The translations under genes were made by a program, and so were the position numbers. A model generated the notes under the pieces. It did not search any database. It was not told where the DNA came from and saw only the letters and a list, made by a program, of their open reading frames with translations. This document shows, piece after piece, positions 58,322 through 64,000 of a stretch of DNA of 64,000 nt (positions are counted from its first letter, which is position 1; each line of letters opens with the position of its first letter). This DNA is from Candidatus Bathyanammoxibius amoris (GTDB taxonomy: Bacteria > Planctomycetota > Brocadiia > Brocadiales > Bathyanammoxibiaceae): NCBI GenBank assembly GCA_024451685.1, contig JAMXCW010000010.1, positions 3 to 64,002 of the forward strand, written 5' to 3'.

Positions 58322-59482
58322 ATGGCACAAAGACCCCCATCTTCGATACCGCCGAGGAGGAGACCACAGGAGCCGGCAAAGCCTGCAGCCGACGGCAGTC
58401 CTCATGAGAATAAGAGGGCAAAATCGACCTCCCTGCTCATCTACCTCATCATAATCTGCTTCTTCGGCAACCTTATACCCTACATAATAACCACCTCTGT
58501 GAACTGTGCGGTTGCGAGGAGTTACATACGACAGGAGGCGATTGACCACCTTATATCCGTAAGGGACATAAAGAAGCGTGAACTGGAAAACTACTTCTTC
58601 GAAAGAAGGGGTGACGCGTACCAGCTGTGTACGAACATACTTTTCAAGTGGGCGATAACCTCATACGTAGACGCGTACCGAAGGGGAGGCATGGCGGGCG
58701 GCGAAACGGCCGGTCTTAAAGGGCAGAGGTATAAAGAGGTGGACGAGCGATACCACAGGATACTGAGCGGTTTTGCTGACGCGTACCAATACTACGATGT
58801 CCTCATCGTGGACGTTGACGGCAACGTCGTGGCCAGCGCGAAAAAAAACCCAGAGATTGGAGCAAACCTCCTCAAGGATGAAAAATACCGTGACACTACA
58901 CTGGCGAAGGCCTTTGACAGAGGCAAGATGGGGCTGACCGTAACCGATATGGAGTGGTACGACGGCTATAACGGGCCGGCCCAGTTCGTCGCCGCGCCGA
59001 TAATTAAGGAGTCCGAAGACGCCCCCCTGCTGGGCGTACTTATATTATTCATGGACGGCACACAGATAAACGACATAATGCAGCAGAGGCCGGGTCTTAA
59101 GGAATCGGGCGAGACCTATCTTGTCGGCCAGGATTTTCTGATGCGTTCCGACTCGCGCTTTACCACTAATGCCTCTGAGATACTTAAACTGGAGGTTGAC
59201 ACAAATCCTTCACGAAAAGCAATAAATGAAGGGGTAACAGATTACGGCATCTACCGAGACTACCGTGGCGTGAAGGTGATAAGCGCCTTTACACCCATAC
59301 AGATATCGCCCGAGGTCCGGTGGGCGCTTGTGGCAGAGATAGACAAGGCCGAGGCGCTGAGCATGGAAGGGGCTATGATTTCTCGCGTTGTATGGATGAC
59401 GTTTGCCATGATTCCGATCTGGGTCCTGATTATCTTTTTATTCTACAGGATAATGAAGCAGGAATTTCTTACCGAGGAGTAG
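58322..59482 (+). CDS. membrane protein with a periplasmic Cache-like sensor domain and no output domain
   Basis: Pro/Arg-rich N-terminus, TM1, a roughly 280-aa extracytoplasmic region with a Cache-like pattern, TM2, then only 8 residues before the stop. The fold assignment is by pattern only. Confidence 0.55.
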   Translation: MAQRPPSSIPPRRRPQEPAKPAADGSPHENKRAKSTSLLIYLIIICFFGNLIPYIITTSVNCAVARSYIRQEAIDHLISVRDIKKRELENYFFERRGDAYQLCTNILFKWAITSYVDAYRRGGMAGGETAGLKGQRYKEVDERYHRILSGFADAYQYYDVLIVDVDGNVVASAKKNPEIGANLLKDEKYRDTTLAKAFDRGKMGLTVTDMEWYDGYNGPAQFVAAPIIKESEDAPLLGVLILFMDGTQINDIMQQRPGLKESGETYLVGQDFLMRSDSRFTTNASEILKLEVDTNPSRKAINEGVTDYGIYRDYRGVKVISAFTPIQISPEVRWALVAEIDKAEALSMEGAMISRVVWMTFAMIPIWVLIIFLFYRIMKQEFLTEE

Positions 59483-59569
59483 ACGAGATAATCAGTCCGG
59501 CCTGACAAAACGAGACGCAAACAACGATTAAATGATGACGTAATTCATTAAGCTCTGCGGGGACACCGG

Positions 59570-60049
59570 TTATTTAACGACAGGGTAGCCCTTTTCCTTC
59601 CACGCGATTATACCGCCTTCAAGGTTGAACACGTGTGTATAGCCCATATCCATCAGAACCCTGGCTGCCTGCAGGCTGCGCCCACCGACGGCGCAGTAGG
59701 TGAGGACGGGTTTGTCAGGGCTGTTTAACCTGGTTTGGGCCTCGTCTTTCAGCCTGCCCAGGGGTATGAGCACGGCGCCCGGTATGTGCATCTCCTTATA
59801 TTCCGCAGGCTGTCTTACGTCCAGGATGACGTCAAACCTGCCTTCGGCCACCCCCTCTGCGGCATCCTCGGGAGAGATCCCAGCCACCTCCTCATTGTCA
59901 TTGTCGCTTGCAAACAACACTCCAAGTAGCATTGTTTCACCCGCTTCGCCCGCCTCTTCGCCCGCTATGAACGGGAGTATGCCAAAAAAAAACACACTGC
60001 ATATTATTAAAACCAATCCACAATCCATGACCAGCCTTCTGTCCATCAC
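59570..60049 (-). CDS. exported/anchored rhodanese-domain sulfurtransferase
   Basis: Active-site loop CAVGGRS, the surrounding rhodanese pattern (DVRQPAEY...GHIPGA-like), and an N-terminal hydrophobic segment. Confidence 0.85.
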   Translation of the reverse strand: MMDRRLVMDCGLVLIICSVFFFGILPFIAGEEAGEAGETMLLGVLFASDNDNEEVAGISPEDAAEGVAEGRFDVILDVRQPAEYKEMHIPGAVLIPLGRLKDEAQTRLNSPDKPVLTYCAVGGRSLQAARVLMDMGYTHVFNLEGGIIAWKEKGYPVVK

Positions 60050-60144
60050 ATTCTCCTGAAAACCGTGACTGGATTTGCTCTCGGAATTGTGATAATACGT
60101 TCGCCATTAGTCATTGTTCTTTGATTACCCCTTAAAGAATTTAC

Positions 60145-60192
60145 TGGTCGGGGCGGGCAGATTTGAACTGCCGACCTCCTGCTCCCAAGGCA
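60145..60192 (-). other. 3'-terminal 48 nt of a tRNA-Pro(TGG) gene: putative att site of the adjacent integrative element
   Basis: The minus strand reads TGC-CTTGGGA-GCAGG-AGGTC-GGCAG-TTCAAAT-CTGCC-CGCCCCG-A-CCA. That covers part of the anticodon stem, the loop, the variable region, the T-arm, the acceptor 3' strand, A73 and CCA. No matching 5' half (CGGGGCG...) lies upstream. Confidence 0.7.
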
Positions 60193-60234
60193 TATACGGG
60201 TATTGATATTAAAGGACTTACGATTTACCATTGA

Positions 60235-61242
60235 CTATTCTATGTCCAGGCTTATTCTTTCTACGGCCTCTCTCAGGTCCTTGTCGTAGGTGTGAGTGTA
60301 CTTTGACGTCATAACAGAGGACCGATGCCCCATCAACGTCTGCTGCTTCTTCTCATGTACGTCCACACTACCTAACAGGCTTGAGAACGTATACCGCAGG
60401 GCATGTAGGTCAAGTCCCTCCCCGGGAATCCCGGCATTTTTGAGACATACCCGGAAGGCCCTCAACAGATTATTCTTGAGGGGTGTGCCCCTCTCCGTGG
60501 TAAACACAGAGTCCTCCGGCGCCTTACCCTTCAGGAGCGGCCTGAGCCCCCTCTGGAGCGTCCGGTGGAGGTGTATGACCCTGACGCCCGCGTCGGTCTT
60601 GGAAGCTCGTACAGCAAGAGTGCACGCTTTCCTATCTATATCTCTGACCTGTAGTCTGACCAATTCCATTTTCCGAAGCCCTGTCAGGATAAACGTGAGC
60701 CATACAATGCGCCATTTATCGGAGTGCTCAAGCAACAGGGGTATTTCCTCCGGTGTAAGAGGCCTCCGGGGTTTTTTCTTCTCCTTGACCTTTGCCACAC
60801 CTGCCAGTGGATTGAACGGTATGAGATTGGTCTCCACGCCGTAGGACAGCATCCGTTTGAGGAGCTCGAGGGTTTTGTTCAGAGTGCGGCCTGAGATGCC
60901 GTTCTGTTGCCGTTCGTTAAAGTATTCGTTTAGCCGGTGCCGTATCTGGTGCAAAGGTACATTGCCGCCAATATACCCCATCGCTTGATTTACCAGGGTT
61001 TCGTAGGTTTGAAAGGTTCGGGGATCCACTCTGGGCCGGACCTCTTCAAAAAATTTCTCCTTGAGCTCTGAGAGTGGATAGTTATCCGGCGCGATCCCGA
61101 ATCTTGAGAGGTCGGCCTTCTTGAGTATGTCCTCACGTATGCGCCTGGCTATATCCCGATTCTTAGAGAGCTTTTTGCGGACCCTCGTACCGTTGATGTA
61201 GTCGTCCATGTACCAGGATAGGGCAATTTTACGGAGCGGCAT
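60235..61242 (-). CDS. int: tyrosine recombinase / phage-type integrase
   Basis: 335 aa with an R...HxxR...Y catalytic pattern (TGLRKMEL, HALRYTFSS, HRSSVMTSKYTH). Confidence 0.9.
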   Translation of the reverse strand: MPLRKIALSWYMDDYINGTRVRKKLSKNRDIARRIREDILKKADLSRFGIAPDNYPLSELKEKFFEEVRPRVDPRTFQTYETLVNQAMGYIGGNVPLHQIRHRLNEYFNERQQNGISGRTLNKTLELLKRMLSYGVETNLIPFNPLAGVAKVKEKKKPRRPLTPEEIPLLLEHSDKWRIVWLTFILTGLRKMELVRLQVRDIDRKACTLAVRASKTDAGVRVIHLHRTLQRGLRPLLKGKAPEDSVFTTERGTPLKNNLLRAFRVCLKNAGIPGEGLDLHALRYTFSSLLGSVDVHEKKQQTLMGHRSSVMTSKYTHTYDKDLREAVERISLDIE

Positions 61243-61415
61243 TACTCCGCCTCGGTAAGGGCTTTCAATTTGTTGAATATTTTTTCATAGAATTTTAGGT
61301 ACTCTTCCTCTTGAGTTTCCTCTCCTAGATCAATTTTTGTCCTTAACGCCTGTGCTATCTGTGCCGTAGCCAACTCATGCAATTTTATTTTGTTGTCTAG
61401 ATTTATCTCTGTCAT
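61242..61415 (-). CDS. 57-aa acidic helical hypothetical protein translationally coupled to the integrase
   Basis: Hand-translated as MTEINLDNKIKLHELATAQIAQALRTKIDLGEETQEEEYLKFYEKIFNKLKALTEAE. Its TAA shares one nucleotide with the integrase ATG. There is no family signal. Confidence 0.4.
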   Translation of the reverse strand: MTEINLDNKIKLHELATAQIAQALRTKIDLGEETQEEEYLKFYEKIFNKLKALTEAE

Positions 61416-61438
61416 AACAGTTTCCTTTCTCGTTTAAA

Positions 61439-61867
61439 TTACTTTGACCAAATCCCCCGCCGGGCTTTTTTGGCCTCGAGCTCGAGCTGTTTAAAATACT
61501 CTTTGTACCGCACGTTGGGCTTGACCGTCATTACCCGCGCCAGACCTTGCTTTACCAGCAGGGCATTAACAAACAAATCATCTACATAGACGTAGGCCAA
61601 TAGGCGTCCGTATCTATCGTGCCGGTCTCTATCAAATTCTAAGCGCACGTTCTTACCCTCCACCAGCCGCCGGTTGTATTCTTTCATTACATCGCCCAGG
61701 CTCTCTTCTGTTTCGGCTGTATCTATTCCTATGTACCGGACCCGTTCTCCATTTGCGAGCACAATAGTATCGCCGTCAATCACCCTGGAGACCAGCCAAG
61801 AGTCGGAGGCTAAGGCGGGAAGGGCTAAAAAGAAAATCAGAAATTGACATAACGTGGATACTCTCAT
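61439..61867 (-). CDS. secreted thermonuclease (staphylococcal-nuclease-like)
   Basis: Signal peptide, then VIDGDT, RVRYIGIDTAETEE and DRYGRLLAYV. These align with the SNase Ca2+ and catalytic residues. Confidence 0.85.
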   Translation of the reverse strand: MRVSTLCQFLIFFLALPALASDSWLVSRVIDGDTIVLANGERVRYIGIDTAETEESLGDVMKEYNRRLVEGKNVRLEFDRDRHDRYGRLLAYVYVDDLFVNALLVKQGLARVMTVKPNVRYKEYFKQLELEAKKARRGIWSK

Positions 61868-62352
61868 TTAGAAGTACCGTCTTTTTCCTTAAAGGCATCC
61901 GGATACAAAGACTCTAGGGATGGTGGCTTTTCTTTGGAAGAAGCTGGCGTATTTGCCAGTTCACTAAGTGTTCTTCGGTATTTTGCAAGTTGCTGTTTCG
62001 CATGAAGGAGACTTTTCTTGTCTTCTTTCCACATCTCATTCCAAAATTCAAGCAGCATTGTTATTTCTTCTATTTCTTCACGTATTGTTTGGGTTGCTTC
62101 TTCTCTGGCTTTTTTTGGGCTGTATCCCAGTGATATATAGAAATTAACTTGTTGGGCCATATCTAAATTAAGAGTTATCTTCTTCTTTTTTAATTCGAGA
62201 GCTGCATCTTGCATCAAACTCTCAGAAAAAGCAACTTGTGCCTCTAAATCTTTAACCTCTTTTGCCCAATATTCTTCGGGTGTGAGCTGTTTCCCGCATG
62301 ATGAAAAGCAGATAACAAGAGGAACTATTAAAGCTATTAGGAAAAAACGCAC
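61864..62352 (-). CDS. predicted lipoprotein, helical, unknown function
   Basis: Lipobox ICFSSC after a hydrophobic leader, with a GTG start. It overlaps the SNase gene by 4 nt and is AT-rich. Confidence 0.6.
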   Translation of the reverse strand: MRFFLIALIVPLVICFSSCGKQLTPEEYWAKEVKDLEAQVAFSESLMQDAALELKKKKITLNLDMAQQVNFYISLGYSPKKAREEATQTIREEIEEITMLLEFWNEMWKEDKKSLLHAKQQLAKYRRTLSELANTPASSKEKPPSLESLYPDAFKEKDGTSK

Positions 62353-62405
62353 GTAGCCCCCTTTCTAAAGCCCTCTCCACACAAGACCCTCAGCTTTAAA
62401 GACAA

Positions 62406-62933
62406 TCATCTTTCGGGAATTGCGAGCTGGACTATATTGCTTGGCGGAAGAGGTTTAGGTTCTTTGTAATTTGTTAAGAGCAACACTGTTGCCAGAGCAC
62501 GAAGGCGAGAGGGTAAGATATGTTTGGCAATGTTTCTCTCGGATGGTTCATTGATATTTATGTATTGTGTCCACCGTATGCGCTCATCGGTAAGGCCTGT
62601 CGAAAAGAGTAAACCCAGAATCGCATCTATTTGGCCAACGGCATATGCCTCTTTCATAATCTCTATTTCTTTGTGATTGTGGCCAACATCAAGAATAGCA
62701 AAGTATTTCCGGTCAAGTTCATCTAAACGGTGAAGTCTATCTGCAATATCCGGAGGCATCATAGAGGGACGTACCACTTTATGCCCTGACAATACATCTG
62801 AAACGACTCTAGCAACGGTGGGGCGGGCGACAGTCCTTTGTTGTTTTTCAAGAATAAAGCCCTCTGGCACCGTTTCAGCGCGCACACTATTCTGCAATGC
62901 TAATACCAGAACAAATACAATAATGAATCTCAT
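62406..62933 (-). CDS. secreted hypothetical protein
   Basis: Clear signal peptide MRFIIVFVLVLALQNSVRA/ET. No recognisable motif. Confidence 0.6.
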   Translation of the reverse strand: MRFIIVFVLVLALQNSVRAETVPEGFILEKQQRTVARPTVARVVSDVLSGHKVVRPSMMPPDIADRLHRLDELDRKYFAILDVGHNHKEIEIMKEAYAVGQIDAILGLLFSTGLTDERIRWTQYININEPSERNIAKHILPSRLRALATVLLLTNYKEPKPLPPSNIVQLAIPER

Positions 62934-62959
62934 CGGAAACCCCCTTTTGCCCTGACGGG

Positions 62960-63694
62960 CTATTCCTTAATTTTTGTGGTATTCCAGCACACAACCGGGT
63001 GCATGAAATATATATCTTCTCTCTGAAATACCAGTGGGTCATGGTCTTGTAAATTTGTGGATTCAAGGACCACCACATTATCGAGACGTTTTAAAAGTTT
63101 AATGTAAACCTTGCCTTGCAATTTCTCCCTGCAAATTACCACTTGACCTTCCTTCGGTTTTATCCGCGTGGAGACTACAACCACTGTTCCTTCTGGCATC
63201 GTAGGTAGCATGGAATTACCCTTGACGATCAATCCGTAAGCGTGCGGGTCCGTTACACCTTCTGGGCGTGCCATCCGGTCGATACCTTCCCCAGCAGGAT
63301 ACCCGGCGTCGCCGTAGGCTACCTCTGTCTCTCCTGCGCTTACGTAACTGATAATGGGTATGGTATCCCCTTCGCCGATTGTCTCCGGCTGCCTGAGTGG
63401 AATCTTGCCAGGGACCTCTGGAGGAGCTTTTGGAAGGCGGTCACCGTTGGAAGGAGGCCAGTCTTTTTTACTATTAGATAAATATTCTGTAGTAAGTTGT
63501 AGGGCCGCACTAAAAAATTCAAGCTCTTCCGCAACGACCCTCCTTGCACTACCCTCTATTCTGGATATGGTAACTTGTTCCATCTCAAGGCCCATCTCAC
63601 TAAGTTTTTTGGCTAATTGGTCCTGACTCAAATCGAGCTCTTTCCGTCGTTTCTTAATCTTATCCCCTATATCCATGCAAAAAGTGTATACCAT
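62960..63694 (-). CDS. CI/LexA-like repressor (XRE HTH plus S24 peptidase)
   Basis: N-terminal HTH IKKRRKELDLSQDQLAKKL. The C-terminal S24 domain has GNSMLP (Ser) and VYIKLLKR (Lys). Start could be 63694, 63676 or GTG 63700. Confidence 0.85.
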   Translation of the reverse strand: MVYTFCMDIGDKIKKRRKELDLSQDQLAKKLSEMGLEMEQVTISRIEGSARRVVAEELEFFSAALQLTTEYLSNSKKDWPPSNGDRLPKAPPEVPGKIPLRQPETIGEGDTIPIISYVSAGETEVAYGDAGYPAGEGIDRMARPEGVTDPHAYGLIVKGNSMLPTMPEGTVVVVSTRIKPKEGQVVICREKLQGKVYIKLLKRLDNVVVLESTNLQDHDPLVFQREDIYFMHPVVCWNTTKIKE

Positions 63695-63734
63695 AAACAC
63701 CCTAAAGGCAAATAGATATGAGATTCTCGAATAA

Positions 63735-63789
63735 ATTATAAGGATTTCTCTTAAAATCTACTTGACAAACCATACATAAAATGTATACT
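63735..63789. promoter_or_regulatory. divergent promoter/operator region of the element
   Basis: Plus strand: TTGACA (63762-63767), 16 nt, TATACT (63784-63789). Minus strand: TATAAT at 63735-63740. The palindrome ATACAT-AAA-ATGTAT (63772-63786) overlaps the plus-strand spacer and -10 box. Confidence 0.5.
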
Positions 63790-63818
63790 TTATTCAGTTT
63801 CATTCTAAGGAGGCTCAG

Positions 63819-64000
63819 ATGGTCAACAAAAAGCCAATCAATATCGAGTTTTATTCCAAGGACTACAGGTGCATAAAAGAGGCAGCCAGGGCCGAGCAAA
63901 TGGGCGTTGCTACCTGGTGCCGACAGAAAATTCTACAGTTCTTAGACGGTCGTCTCATTGAGGCCCCCGGAGATACAGCGTCCGTTCTTGAGGAGAGTAG
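63819..64000 (+). CDS. N-terminal 60 aa of a probable ribbon-helix-helix DNA-binding protein (3' end outside the window)
   Basis: AAGGAGG lies 5 nt upstream of ATG 63819. The sequence MVNKKPINIEFYSKDYRCIKEAARAEQMGVATWCRQKILQFL has a strand-helix-helix pattern. The frame is open to the window end. Confidence 0.55.
   Translation, partial: MVNKKPINIEFYSKDYRCIKEAARAEQMGVATWCRQKILQFLDGRLIEAPGDTASVLEES

Larger units (their letters stand above)
60145..64000. mobile_element. integrative element (prophage remnant or genomic island) inserted at tRNA-Pro; right end outside the window
   Basis: A tRNA fragment abuts a tyrosine integrase. The element also holds a CI/LexA-like repressor with a divergent promoter and RHH gene, and AT-richer cargo genes. 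Confidence 0.7.

Noticed and set aside
60046-60231. 61-aa minus-strand ORF between the rhodanese and integrase genes
   Set aside because: It reads straight through the tRNA-Pro fragment, so the att/tRNA interpretation explains the sequence better.

Overview
All calls come from reading the sequence and the ORF track by eye. No database search, RNA folding or GC calculation was run, and protein identities rest on recognised motifs and operon context. This is a bacterial chromosomal window of about 50% GC by eye.

Core, 19.9-52.1 kb: one minus-strand translation/transcription supercluster. In transcription order it runs tRNA-Thr(UGU), tRNA-Tyr, tRNA-Gly, tRNA-Thr(GGU), tuf, rpmG, tRNA-Trp, secE, nusG, rplKAJL, rpoBC, rpsLG, fusA, then the S10, spc and alpha operons, ending in rplQ. 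There is no L30 gene. A SAM-methyltransferase gene sits between rpsM and rpsK.

Left flank, 0-19.9 kb:
- an AT-rich nuclease-like gene fragment at the window edge
- plsC, a Yip1-like gene and glnE
- trxB, a glutaredoxin, Sir2 and cobO
- a five-gene operon of Rieske protein, split cytochrome b, hexaheme cytochrome c and octaheme HAO-like cytochrome c; from memory this order matches the anammox-type R/b-3 module
- a thioredoxin-domain (DUF255-like) gene
- a small sulfite-reductase-like Fe-S protein followed by two siroheme-decarboxylase (AhbA/B or NirDL type) paralogs
- a TPR membrane protein, a dual-specificity phosphatase and a HIT protein

Right flank, 52.2-64 kb:
- an exported PLD-like protein with a degenerate HKD motif, followed by a large exported TPR protein
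- a modE(N-domain)-modABC operon
- a Cache-type sensor with no output domain, and an exported rhodanese
- an integrative element that starts at a 48-nt tRNA-Pro 3' fragment and runs off the window; it carries a tyrosine integrase, an exported SNase-like nuclease cassette, a CI/LexA-like repressor and a divergent promoter/operator

Intergenic regions hold several families of short GC-rich hairpin repeats. No rRNA genes, CRISPR arrays or transposases were seen.

The best candidates for something new are the R/b-HAO module, the methyltransferase inside the ribosomal operon, the Dsr-like/ahbAB trio, and the cargo of the tRNA-Pro element.
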